NCBI GenBank assembly: GCA_046484285.1
Contig: JAWOBP010000186.1
Span: forward strand, 10,178 to 74,177
Origin: Polyangia bacterium
GTDB taxonomy: Bacteria > Myxococcota_A > Polyangia > JAAYKL01
DNA: 64,000 nt
Reading direction: 5' to 3'
The notes below the pieces were generated by a model, which made no database searches, was not told where the DNA came from, and saw only the letters and a list, made by a program, of their open reading frames with translations. Positions 26,535 to 36,230 of this stretch are shown piece by piece. The stretch's first letter is position 1. Every line of letters starts with the position of its first letter. The translations under genes were made by a program, and so were the position numbers.

Positions 26535-29500
26535 GTGCTGGTCTTGACGCAGAGGCACGGGAGACATCTTTCGTTTTGGGACGCCGCGCTGGCGGCGGTC
26601 CTCGCGGGGTTGCTCGTCGCGGCGCCGAGAGTGTCGCGCGGGCAGGAGCGCTCGGACGAGCGCGCCTCGGGTCCGGTCGAGCCGGGCGGCGCGGCTGCGC
26701 CGACGGTCACCAGCTCCATGGAGCGCGCTCCCGAGGGAGAGGAGGAGCTGACGCTCGGCGAGATCCGGGAGCACGATCTGCAGATCTTCATCGAGCGGAG
26801 CGGCGATTTCAAACAGATAGTGGACGGGATGGTGCGCCGCGTCTACGAGATGCGGCGCAGCTTCGTGGACGAGAACTACGAAAGCAAGATCAAGGCCGAG
26901 GAGGAGCGCGCCAAGCAGGCCCGGCGAGACGCGATTGCTTACTTCGAGGCTTTTTTGGAAAAGTACCCCAGCGATCCGCCCTACACCCCGGACGCGATGT
27001 TCAGGCTGGCGGAGCTGTACTACGACGATTCCTATATCAAGTACCTGGACAGCTTGGACGCCTATCACGAGGCACAGGAACGCGGTGAAGGAGCGACCGC
27101 CCAGCTGCCGGTCAAGGAATTCGAACGCACGATCAATCTCTTCCGCGAGCTGGTCCAGCGCTATCCCGATTATCGCAACGTGGACGGAGCGTACTACCTG
27201 CTCGGTTACACGCTCAACGACACCGGTCACGAGAAAGAGGCGAGGCTGGCCTGGCTGAACCTGGTCTGCGCCAACAAGTACACCTACGAGCCGGGAGCGA
27301 CCGGGCGGGAGAAGACGAACGAGGCGGCGGCCGCGGACGATCGCCCCTCTGCGAGCCTCGATACCGGCGCCGAGGAAGAGCTCCGGACGGGATTCGTCAA
27401 CCCGTTCGCCGACTGCGAGCCGGTCGCCGACAACAGTCGCTTCTTCTTCGAGGCGTGGTGGCTGATCGGCAACTACCACTTCGATTACGACACCAGCAAG
27501 TACGGCGTGGAGACCGCGATCGCGGCGTACAAGAAGCTGGTCGAGGATCCCGAGCACCGGTTCTACGACAAGGGCCTCTACAAGCTGGCCTGGAGCTACT
27601 TCAAGGCCGACATGTACCACGAGGCGGTGCGCACCTTCGCCGAGGTGGTCGAGTACTCGGACACGCACGGCGTGGGCAAGCAGTCGGGAATGCGCCCCGA
27701 GGCGATCCAGTACCTGGCGGTCTGCTTTTTCACCGATGATTGGAACGTCGATCTGGTCCCGGACGAGACCACCGGCATCGAGCGCCTCCAGGACCCGGAG
27801 CTGATGCCCCAGGACCGCGGCTGGACGCGCGAGGTCTACGCCCGGCTCGGCGACATCTACTACGACAACGAGAAGCACAAGGAGGCGATCCGCGTCTGGG
27901 AGCTGTTCCTCGAAAAATGGCCGCTCGACGTTCAGGCCCCCTTCATCCAGGACAAGATCGCCGATGCGTACAACCGGCTGCGGCTGTTCGACAAGGAGAT
28001 CACCGAGCGCTCCGAGCTGGACGACTACGGGCCGGGCAGCGAGTGGTGGGAGGCCAACGACGACCACCCCGGCGAGCAGGCCGAGGTCTCGGACATGGCG
28101 CGCGACGCGCTGATCAACTCGGCGCTGATCCACCACCGCAACGCCCAGGCGCTGCGCAAGCGCGGGGTGACGACCGAAGATCCCGAGGTTTTGCAGCTGG
28201 CGCTCGGGGAGTACAACCTGGCCGCCGAGGCCTACCGCAAGTACATCGACCTGTACCCCGACACGCCGGACGCCTACGAGCTCAACTTCCAGATGGCGGA
28301 CGCGCTGTTCTGGTCCGGCCAGTACGCCGAGGCCAAGCAGGAGTACATCCGGGTCCGCGACTCGAACCTGGACGACAAGTACCGCGACGAAGCCGGGCAC
28401 ATGGTGATCCTCTGCATCGAGAAGCAGCTCGAGGAGAAGCAGGCGGACGGCGAGCTGGTGATCCGCGAGGAGTCGCCTCCGCTGGAAGGGGATCCCCCGG
28501 CGCCCAACCCGCTGCCGCTGCCGCCGCTGCTGCTCGAGCTGATGAACGAGCGCGAGGCGTTCCTCGAGGCCGCGTCGGATTCGGAGCAGGCGGCGACCTT
28601 CGAGTACCAGGCGGCCCAGACCTACTACCGTTACGGGCACTGGGACGAGGCCTTGCCGCGTCTGGAAAAAGTCTACGAAAAATACTGTAATGAGAGCGAG
28701 GTCTCGATCATCGCGTGGAAGACCCTGATGAAGGTCGCCACGGATCGCAACGACCTCGACGAGAAGGAGCGCCTCGCGCTGCTGGAGAAGGACCAGCAGT
28801 GCGCGGTCGAGGGAATGGAGCTGGACGAGGACGAGTCGATCGACCTCGGAACCCTGCTCGGCGACGTGGCCGTGCAGCGCTCGATGAACAAGTTCAACGA
28901 GTGCCAGGAGACCAAGGAGGCCGAGATCTGCACCGAGGCCGGAGAAGATCTCGTCGCCGCGGTGGGCAAGGCTCCGCAGCACCAGAGCGCGGACGCCGCC
29001 CTGCACAACGCGGCGCTGGCCTACGAGCACGCGCAGCGCTTCGACACGGCGATGAAGATCTACGGCCGAATCGTCGACGAGTACCCGGAGAGCCGCTGGG
29101 TGGACAAGTGCCTGTTCAAGCAAGCCTACGCGGCCAACAATTTCTTCGAGTACGAAAAAGCGCTCGATAACTACAAGATCCTGGCCGACGAGAAACGCTT
29201 CGAGGATTCCAAGTATCGGGTCGATTCGATTTACAATACGGCCTACATCCTGACCAACTTGCAGTCGTACGAGCAGGCCGTTCCCTACTGGGAGCGCTAC
29301 GCCGCCGAGGTCGACGATCCGGAAAAGCGCATCGAGGCGAGGTTCAACGCCGCCGACATGCACTTCCGCGCCGAGCGCTGGCGCACGGCGATCAAGGCTT
29401 ACGAGAGCTTCATCAGGCGCTACGAGCGCAACTCCGAGGCCGGCATCTATGTGGTCAAGGCCTCCTACCGCGCCGGGATCGCCAACCAGAAGAGCAACCG

Positions 29501-30155
29501 GCCCAAGCGCAGGATCACGGCGGCCTGGAACCGCACGGTGGAGCTGTACAAGCGGCTGGTCAACGAGCCGGGATCGATGTCGGCGGAGTACGCGGCCGAG
29601 AGCCATTTCCTCCTGATCGAGGAGGACATGCGCGATTTCGAAAAATTCGAGATCAAGGGGTCGGAAAAGCAGATCGAGCGCAAGATCAACGAGGGTGCCG
29701 AGAGGGTCAAGGAATTCGAGGAGCGCTACCGCAAGATCCAGAAGTACCGCCGTCCGGTCTGGTCGCTGGCCGCCGAGTTCCGCATCGGCTACGCCTACGA
29801 GGTCTACGCCAAGGCGATCTACAACATTCCCCCGCCGCCGCTCGACAGGGAGCTGAGGCGACAGCTCAAGCAGCTTCCACCCGAGGATCGCGAGCTGGTG
29901 ATGCTCGAGTACGAGGACAAGTTCCGCGCCGCCATGCAGCAGAAGGTCGAGAAGATGGAGGACCGCGCCAAGGAGGAGTACAGGATAGCGGTCGAGCTCG
30001 CGCGCGAGGGCAACATCTCCAACGAGTGGACTCTGCTGGCGCTGGAGAGGATGAACGCCTACGAGCCCGACAACTACCCGCGACAGCACAACGGCGTCGT
30101 CGAGAAACGCGTCGACACGGTCTCCGCGCCGCCGTTCGCTTCCGAGGTCCAGTGA
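26535..30155 (+). CDS. large (approx 1200 aa) periplasmic TPR-repeat protein, GltD/AgmU-like
   Basis: Signal peptide; TPR-like repeats throughout; size and position (upstream of smaller TPR lipoprotein and TolQR-like genes) parallel M. xanthus gltD (agmU); assignment by architecture only. Confidence 0.65.
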   Translation: MLVLTQRHGRHLSFWDAALAAVLAGLLVAAPRVSRGQERSDERASGPVEPGGAAAPTVTSSMERAPEGEEELTLGEIREHDLQIFIERSGDFKQIVDGMVRRVYEMRRSFVDENYESKIKAEEERAKQARRDAIAYFEAFLEKYPSDPPYTPDAMFRLAELYYDDSYIKYLDSLDAYHEAQERGEGATAQLPVKEFERTINLFRELVQRYPDYRNVDGAYYLLGYTLNDTGHEKEARLAWLNLVCANKYTYEPGATGREKTNEAAAADDRPSASLDTGAEEELRTGFVNPFADCEPVADNSRFFFEAWWLIGNYHFDYDTSKYGVETAIAAYKKLVEDPEHRFYDKGLYKLAWSYFKADMYHEAVRTFAEVVEYSDTHGVGKQSGMRPEAIQYLAVCFFTDDWNVDLVPDETTGIERLQDPELMPQDRGWTREVYARLGDIYYDNEKHKEAIRVWELFLEKWPLDVQAPFIQDKIADAYNRLRLFDKEITERSELDDYGPGSEWWEANDDHPGEQAEVSDMARDALINSALIHHRNAQALRKRGVTTEDPEVLQLALGEYNLAAEAYRKYIDLYPDTPDAYELNFQMADALFWSGQYAEAKQEYIRVRDSNLDDKYRDEAGHMVILCIEKQLEEKQADGELVIREESPPLEGDPPAPNPLPLPPLLLELMNEREAFLEAASDSEQAATFEYQAAQTYYRYGHWDEALPRLEKVYEKYCNESEVSIIAWKTLMKVATDRNDLDEKERLALLEKDQQCAVEGMELDEDESIDLGTLLGDVAVQRSMNKFNECQETKEAEICTEAGEDLVAAVGKAPQHQSADAALHNAALAYEHAQRFDTAMKIYGRIVDEYPESRWVDKCLFKQAYAANNFFEYEKALDNYKILADEKRFEDSKYRVDSIYNTAYILTNLQSYEQAVPYWERYAAEVDDPEKRIEARFNAADMHFRAERWRTAIKAYESFIRRYERNSEAGIYVVKASYRAGIANQKSNRPKRRITAAWNRTVELYKRLVNEPGSMSAEYAAESHFLLIEEDMRDFEKFEIKGSEKQIERKINEGAERVKEFEERYRKIQKYRRPVWSLAAEFRIGYAYEVYAKAIYNIPPPPLDRELRRQLKQLPPEDRELVMLEYEDKFRAAMQQKVEKMEDRAKEEYRIAVELAREGNISNEWTLLALERMNAYEPDNYPRQHNGVVEKRVDTVSAPPFASEVQ

Positions 30156-31555
30156 TGCGTAGAATTTGGACGAGGATCACGCTTTCATCGCTGTTGCTCT
30201 GCTCACTGGCGGTGGCGTGCGGCGGCTCGCAGAAGAAGAAGGACGAGACTGCGGCCGGAGCCGAGCAGCCAGCCGTGCCCGGCGAGCCCGACTCCTACGA
30301 CGTCCCGCAGGGCGGCGACGACCAGAGCACCGGGGACGCCGTGCCCACCGGGCCCGGAGAGCAGGCGCCGGAAGAGCACCAGATGAGCGCCGACGCGCGC
30401 GGTACTTACAACGACGGGGTCCGGGCGGCCGCGGAGGGAAACCTGGATCGGGCCCGCCAGTCCTTCGAGCGAACCTTGCAGATCGATCCCAGGGCACACC
30501 AGGCGCTCTACAACCTGGGAGTGATCGCCGATCGCAAGGGGGACGAGGAGGGATCTCGCAGCTACTACCGCCAGGCGCTGGCGGCGCAGCCGAACTACCT
30601 GCCCGCGATCCGCGCGCTGTCCAACCTGGAGGTGCGCCGAGGCAATGTAGACGCGGCGGTGGGAATGATGCGCGATCTGGTCGGCAGGTATCCCAAGGAC
30701 ATCGGGATCCTCAACCAGTACGCGGAAGTCCTGATCGTGGCCAGCCGCTACAAGGACGCGATCGACGTGGCCAAGCAGGCCCTGCGCGTCGACGAGCGCA
30801 ACGCCGAGGCGATGCTGCGAGTGGGCAAGGCCAACCTGCGGCTGGGGCGCACCGAGCTGGCCGAGGCGGTTTTCGAGAACGTTTTGTCCATCAACCCCGA
30901 CGAGGCGGAGGTGTTCTTCCTGCGCTCGTTCATCTACCTGGAGAGGGGACACAAGGTCGAGGCGATCAACAGCCTGAAAAAGACGCTGGAGAAACGGCCC
31001 ACGCACGTCGAGGCGATGAACAACCTGGCCGTGCAGTACATCCTGTCCGGCAACTACGAAGAGGCGATCGCGCAGCTCGAGAAGGCCTTGGAGCTGGCTC
31101 CCTCCTGGGGCGTCCTGCACCTGAACCACGGCAACGCGCTGCGCGGAGCGGGACGCTGGCAGGAGGCCAAGCAGGAGCTGGAGCGCGCCCGCCAGCTCGA
31201 TCCCTCTTTGACCGGGGTGCTGTTCAACAAGGCCATTCTCTACTACGTGGCCGAGGGGTTGGACGATCTGGAGCGCCTCGAGCGCTACAAGAAGGCCAAG
31301 CGGCTGTTCGCCGACTACAAGGCCGAGATGGGCTCGGCCCTGGAGAAGGACGATCCGGTCCATGATTATCTCAAGGAGTTGGATCGCGTGATCGACAGAG
31401 AAGAGCGGAGGCTGGAGCAGATTGCCGAGCGCGAGAAGCGCGAGGCCGAAAGGGCCGCGGCCCGGGAAGCCGAGGGGGACGCGGGCGCGGCGGACGAAGG
31501 TTGGGAGGACGAAGGCGGCGAAGACGAAGGCTGGGAGGACGAGGGATGGGAGTAG
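30155..31555 (+). CDS. TPR lipoprotein (GltE/AglT-like) with C-terminal GWEDEG repeats
   Basis: MRRIWTRITLSSLLLCSLAVACGG lipobox; canonical TPR run (AHQALYNLGVIADRKGDEEGSRSYYRQALAAQPNY...); ends GWEDEGGEDEGWEDEGWE; TGATG overlap with previous gene. Confidence 0.7.
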   Translation: MRRIWTRITLSSLLLCSLAVACGGSQKKKDETAAGAEQPAVPGEPDSYDVPQGGDDQSTGDAVPTGPGEQAPEEHQMSADARGTYNDGVRAAAEGNLDRARQSFERTLQIDPRAHQALYNLGVIADRKGDEEGSRSYYRQALAAQPNYLPAIRALSNLEVRRGNVDAAVGMMRDLVGRYPKDIGILNQYAEVLIVASRYKDAIDVAKQALRVDERNAEAMLRVGKANLRLGRTELAEAVFENVLSINPDEAEVFFLRSFIYLERGHKVEAINSLKKTLEKRPTHVEAMNNLAVQYILSGNYEEAIAQLEKALELAPSWGVLHLNHGNALRGAGRWQEAKQELERARQLDPSLTGVLFNKAILYYVAEGLDDLERLERYKKAKRLFADYKAEMGSALEKDDPVHDYLKELDRVIDREERRLEQIAEREKREAERAAAREAEGDAGAADEGWEDEGGEDEGWEDEGWE

Positions 31556-31586
31556 ATCGCCCGCCGGCAGCGATCGGACCGGGGGA

Positions 31587-31652
31587 CGGAAACGGCTCGT
31601 CTCCGAGCGCGTCGCCGGGCCGTTTCGGGGCGCCGGAAGCGGTTTTCTCTTT
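31587..31652 (+). terminator. candidate rho-independent terminator after TPR lipoprotein gene
   Basis: Inverted repeat cggaaacgg...ccgtttcgg followed by ttttctctttt. Confidence 0.3.
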
Positions 31653-31818
31653 TCGTGAAAAGTGTTCGATTTTTGACTTGGTGATGAGCAAAACACTGTG
31701 GTAGGATGCTCTCCGCTCGGCTGCGGTTCGTCAGCCGAAGAGAGGTAACGGACGAAGACGGGACGGAGCATTCGAGCGCCAGAAACGGGCGCCATTCCCG
31801 ACGAAGGAGGAGTCGAAG

Positions 31819-32460
31819 ATGCAGGCAATCGCAGAGGCATTCTCAGCGGGCGGAGGCTGGATGTACGTGATCGCGTTCGCGTCCGTGATCGGTCTCGGCA
31901 TCATTGTGGAACGGTTCATTTTCCTGTTCTTCAAGTACAACATCAACGCCAACGCATTCATGGGGCAGGTGCAGAAGTTGGTGATGGCGAACAACATCGA
32001 CCGCGCCATCAAGCTGTGCAACGCCGCGCCCAACGCCGCGCTCCCCAAGGTGATCAAGGCCGGGCTGACTCGGGCCAACAAGGGCGAGCTCGAGATCTCG
32101 AACGCGATCGAGGAGGCTACCCTCGAGGTGGTGCCGATGGTGAGCAAGCGCACGCCGATCCTCGGCGGCGTGGCCAACATCGCAACGCTGATGGGACTGC
32201 TCGGAACGATCGTCGGTCTGATTCAGGCGTTCGCCGCTCTAGAGTCGGCGGCGCCCGACGCCCGCGCGGCCGCGTTGGCCAAGGGTATCTCGATGGCGAT
32301 GAACACCACGGCCTTTGGTCTGATCGTGGCGATCCCGTGCATGGCGGCGCAGATCTTCTTGCAGTCCGTGACCACGAAGATCCTCAACGAGATCGACCAG
32401 TACTCGGTGAAGCTGGAGAACCTGCTCGTTTCGAGGTACCGCGCCGGCGGTTCGCAGTAG
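31819..32460 (+). CDS. MotA/TolQ/ExbB-family proton channel (AglR-like)
   Basis: 213 aa, three TM helices, conserved C-terminal TM with ...TTAFGLIVAIPCMAAQIF; AAGGAGGAG RBS. Confidence 0.85.
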   Translation: MQAIAEAFSAGGGWMYVIAFASVIGLGIIVERFIFLFFKYNINANAFMGQVQKLVMANNIDRAIKLCNAAPNAALPKVIKAGLTRANKGELEISNAIEEATLEVVPMVSKRTPILGGVANIATLMGLLGTIVGLIQAFAALESAAPDARAAALAKGISMAMNTTAFGLIVAIPCMAAQIFLQSVTTKILNEIDQYSVKLENLLVSRYRAGGSQ

Positions 32461-32548
32461 CACCGAGCGGGTCGAAGCTCCCAGGCGGCGCCCTCGATGA
32501 GCGCCGCCCGGGGCAAGGTCGGCTCGGTTCGATTGGAGGTCAACGCTC

Positions 32549-33058
32549 ATGGCGATCAAGCGACGCGAAACGGGGGGATACGAAGGGGATCCGCTGATTC
32601 CGATCCTCAACCTCGTGTGCATGCTGATTCCGTTGCTGCTCTACGGGGCCGTTTTCGTCCGATTCATGACGTTGACGGTCAACGCCCCGAAGATCTCGAG
32701 GGCGCCTTCTCAGCAGAAGCCGAAGGAGCAGGACGCGCTGAACCTGACGGTGATGATCACGGACCAGGGGTTCCACTTCAAGGTGAATCCCAAGCATCGT
32801 CTCCCCTGGATGTCCCAGGCGACCGAGACGGCGTCCTCCGGTCCGGACATTCCCAAGAAGGACGACGACTGGGACTTCAAGGAGCTGAACCGCAAGCTCA
32901 AGGAGATCAAGGACAACCATCGGGAGGAGCAGAACCTGATCCTGGGCGCCGAGGACGACATCAAATACGAGGTGTTGATCAAGGCGATGGATTTCTCCCG
33001 CGGGACGCCGGAGGATCCCCTCTTCCCAGTGGTGACATTGACCAGGGGCGTGGTCTGA
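32549..33058 (+). CDS. ExbD/TolR-family protein (AglQ/AglS-like)
   Basis: 169 aa; N-terminal TM with ILNLVCMLIPLLLY, periplasmic ExbD fold segment. Confidence 0.85.
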   Translation: MAIKRRETGGYEGDPLIPILNLVCMLIPLLLYGAVFVRFMTLTVNAPKISRAPSQQKPKEQDALNLTVMITDQGFHFKVNPKHRLPWMSQATETASSGPDIPKKDDDWDFKELNRKLKEIKDNHREEQNLILGAEDDIKYEVLIKAMDFSRGTPEDPLFPVVTLTRGVV

Positions 33059-33164
33059 CGCGGACCCGCCGGGACGACCGCGTCGCCGAGGTGAACGCCG
33101 TCGGCCAGCGGTTGCCCAACAGTTTGCACGACGCGAAGCGTACACCGTTTCGACGGAGGAAACG

Positions 33165-33746
33165 ATGAACCAGACTTCGAGCAACGCCGAAGCCGTTGAC
33201 GCCCTCTGGGCGCAAAAGAGGAAGGAACGCAAGGAGAAGCGTCGCCGCAGGGAGTCCGAGCGGGGCAAGCTGCTGATCAACTCCCTGATGGACGCGTTCA
33301 CGATCATCCTCTGCTTCCTTCTCAAGCAGTTCGGCGCGGACCCGGTCCAGATCCGGGAGTCCGACGAGATGCAGCTGCCGCGCACCAGCTCGGAGCAGCC
33401 GCTCGAGGACGCGGTGGTGATCGGTATCTCTTCCAAGTCGATCCAGGTGGGCGATCAGAAGGTGGCCGATCTGCGCAACGGAGCGGTCGACGAGAGCATG
33501 AAGCGCGACGGCCAGGAGGGTCTGCTGATCAACCCGTTGCTCGAGCGGCTCAAGGAGAGGGTGCAGCACCTCAAGATGATCGCCGCGCGGACCGGGAGCC
33601 AGTTCGAGGGCATGGCGCTCGTAGTGGGTGACAAGGATACCAGTTATCGGTTGATCACCGAGGTTCTGTATACGGCTGGACAAGCGGAGTTCGAGAAGTT
33701 CAAGTTCGTGGCGGCCGAGGGCGGGGAGGACTCCGAGAAGGAGTAG
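33165..33746 (+). CDS. second ExbD/TolR-family protein
   Basis: 193 aa; Lys/Arg-rich N-terminus, TM LMDAFTIILCFLL, ExbD-like periplasmic domain. Confidence 0.7.
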   Translation: MNQTSSNAEAVDALWAQKRKERKEKRRRRESERGKLLINSLMDAFTIILCFLLKQFGADPVQIRESDEMQLPRTSSEQPLEDAVVIGISSKSIQVGDQKVADLRNGAVDESMKRDGQEGLLINPLLERLKERVQHLKMIAARTGSQFEGMALVVGDKDTSYRLITEVLYTAGQAEFEKFKFVAAEGGEDSEKE

Positions 33747-33842
33747 GAGCGAGGACCGCAGCGTTCCGGCAACGTCAGGGGGGCCTCGGGGTCCGGTTGT
33801 CGTCGAAATGAGAACCCGGGCCTTTCGAAGGGATACCCAAAG

Positions 33843-35327
33843 ATGGGCACTGCCAAGAAGCCACCTTCAGCAAGACCCCGATCCCCGGGCGGTCGTCCGC
33901 CCGGCCGTCCGCCCGGACAGGACCGGAGCAACCTGCCGAAGGTCTTGAGGATCGGCATAATCCAAGGGGGCAAGATCATCGAGGAGCGGATCGTGCGCCG
34001 CCGAGAGACGGTCACCGTCGGTTCCTCGGAGAAGAACCATTTCATCCTCACCGCGCAGGAGTTCCCCGTCTCCCGTTTCGAGATGTTCGAGACGCGCGGC
34101 GGTCCCTACATTCTCAATTTCGACGAGAAGATGAGCGGCCGCGTCTCGCTCGAGGGCGAGGTCGTGGAGCTGGCGGAGATGCGCGCCAGCGGCAAGGCGC
34201 GCAAGAAGGGGAAGGTCTACCAGCTTCCCTTGAGCGACAAGTCGCGGGGCAAGGTCGTGATCGGGGAGACCACGATCCTGTTCCAGTTCGTGGCTCCGCC
34301 TCCGATCAGGCCCAGGCCGCAGCTCCCGGCGGCGGTGCGCGGCGGCGTGTTCCGCAGCATGGACTGGTTCATCACCACGCTGTGGGTGGTCTCCTTTTTG
34401 CTGCATGGCGGAATCATCTTCTGGTGGGAGACCACGGACTGGCCCAAGCGCGATCAGTGGGACAAGTTCATGGAGCTCCAGGAGCTGATCGCCTCCGACA
34501 CGGATGCCACCTTCGAGAAGAAAAAGAAGTCCGAGGTCGAGGAGGGCGAGGGAGACGAGGAGGAGCTCGAGGACGAGGGCGAGGTGGAGGACGAGTCGCA
34601 GAAGAAGGCCAGGGCGTCCAAGCAGGCGGCGGCGGATACGGGGCCCAAGAAGTCGGCCGAGGAGATAGCGCGGGAGAGGGCGGAGAAGCGCGCTCAACTG
34701 GCCGAGAAGCTGGCCGAAAAGGGTATCAACAAGATTCTGGGCACGCTCGGAGGCGAGGGTGCCGACGGCGCGATCGCCGACGTTCTAAAGGGCGGCGACG
34801 TGGGCGCCGACCAGGACGATCTGCTCGAGCAGGTGGGCGGCGTGGGAGTCGCCACCAGCGAGAAGGGCGGATCGCTCAAGGGTCCGGCAGGCGGCAAGGG
34901 AAGCGGCGAGGCCGAGAACGTGGACCAGGTCAAGGTCAAAGGGGGAGACAAGACGGTCAAGACCGAGGGCCCCGGACAGGAGCGCAAGGTCAAGGGAAGG
35001 GTGAGGAAGAAGCAGCCGATGAGCTCGGGCGGCACCGGGATGCTGAAGCAGTCCGATGTGGCAAAGGTGATCAACCGCCGCATCGGCGCGATCAAGGGAT
35101 GCTACGAACGGGCTCTGAAGCGCGATCCGTCTTTGCAAGGCAAGGTCACGGTGCAGTTCACGATCTCCGGCAGCGGGCGGGTGACCAACGCCAGGGCCAC
35201 GAGCTGCGAGGTCGGAGCAGCGGTCTGCAGCTGCATCACCTCCTCTTTCAAGCGGTTCCGTTTCCCGCCGCCGGAAGGAGGATCGGTGACCTTCCAGATG
35301 CCGTTCCTGTTCACGCCGTCGGGTTGA
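33843..35327 (+). CDS. membrane protein with cytoplasmic beta-rich N-domain, one TM helix, Lys/Glu-rich linker and TonB-C / AgmX-PglI-type C-terminal domain (GltG/GltJ-like)
   Basis: TM FITTLWVVSFLLHGGIIFWW; C-terminus VTVQFTISGSGRVTNARATSCEVGAAVCSCITSSFKRFRFPPPEGGSVTFQMPFLF resembles TonB C-terminal domain. Confidence 0.6.
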   Translation: MGTAKKPPSARPRSPGGRPPGRPPGQDRSNLPKVLRIGIIQGGKIIEERIVRRRETVTVGSSEKNHFILTAQEFPVSRFEMFETRGGPYILNFDEKMSGRVSLEGEVVELAEMRASGKARKKGKVYQLPLSDKSRGKVVIGETTILFQFVAPPPIRPRPQLPAAVRGGVFRSMDWFITTLWVVSFLLHGGIIFWWETTDWPKRDQWDKFMELQELIASDTDATFEKKKKSEVEEGEGDEEELEDEGEVEDESQKKARASKQAAADTGPKKSAEEIARERAEKRAQLAEKLAEKGINKILGTLGGEGADGAIADVLKGGDVGADQDDLLEQVGGVGVATSEKGGSLKGPAGGKGSGEAENVDQVKVKGGDKTVKTEGPGQERKVKGRVRKKQPMSSGGTGMLKQSDVAKVINRRIGAIKGCYERALKRDPSLQGKVTVQFTISGSGRVTNARATSCEVGAAVCSCITSSFKRFRFPPPEGGSVTFQMPFLFTPSG

Positions 35328-35551
35328 TCCGGCAGGTGGGCTCGAAGAGGGGAGACAGTCCAAAAGAAATCGGGAGGGATTCAGATACTCGAAATGAACG
35401 ATCGTCATCCTCGATGTAACCAAATCTTCGGATGTGATTGCGGCGGGAAAGTGTCGTTATCCGGAGGTGGAAGTGAAAAGAAAAAATTTGGTGGCATACG
35501 ATCGTTTTTCCGAGTAAAACAGTAGTCCATTTTGATCGAAGGGTTGGAAAG

Positions 35552-36142
35552 ATGCGACGAATTCGAAGTACGAAAATCCTGGCCCCAGCGGCTGCCGTCG
35601 GAGTGGTCGTGCTCCTTTTCGGAGACGTACGCGCCCAGGAGGCTCGTCCTACCGGAGACATGCCCGACATAGATGTGACCGTCGACAGTTCGTCGCAGGG
35701 GCTCAGCGGAGCTCAGATGATCGCCTGGGTCGAGGAGCAGAAGAAGGTCTGCAAGGGGATCTACCGTCGCGTGCAGAACATGCTCGACCAGGCGCGCAAG
35801 GAGAAGGACACCCTGAAGATAACTTGTCTCGATGACAAGCTGACTCAGATACACGTGAACCTGCGGGGCATCGAGGAGCGGCAGGCCGCCTTGGAGACTG
35901 CGGTCAAGGGGGGCGACATGTCCTCGGCCAACCAGCAGTTCACGATTCTCAAGATATACGTGTCGCGGGTCCAGGGATTGATGGCCGAGGCCGAGGGTTG
36001 CATCGGAGATTCCGACGTGGTGATCGGGGAGACCGAAACGGTCGTCGAGATCGATGAGGACATCACCATGGAGGACCCGACCGAGACGCCGGACGTAGAA
36101 GTGGGTGTGGAGCAACCCCCGCACGCGAGCGGGTTTTACTAG
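35552..36142 (+). CDS. periplasmic coiled-coil protein, hypothetical
   Basis: Signal peptide MRRIRSTKILAPAAAVGVVVLLFGDVRAQ; preceded by AT-rich 220-nt region carrying two ACGATCGT palindromes. Confidence 0.45.
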   Translation: MRRIRSTKILAPAAAVGVVVLLFGDVRAQEARPTGDMPDIDVTVDSSSQGLSGAQMIAWVEEQKKVCKGIYRRVQNMLDQARKEKDTLKITCLDDKLTQIHVNLRGIEERQAALETAVKGGDMSSANQQFTILKIYVSRVQGLMAEAEGCIGDSDVVIGETETVVEIDEDITMEDPTETPDVEVGVEQPPHASGFY

Positions 36143-36230
36143 CAGGGGGAAAGGTATCGAACGCGCCGGATCGCGGGAAGTGCGAGCGGAGCGACTTTTC
36201 CTTTTTTCGAGAAGAGAACAGCGATAGCCA

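Noticed and set aside
36143-36230. Possible terminator after the 35552-36142 gene (cgacttttccttttttcg)
   Set aside because: T-run present but no convincing stable stem preceding it.
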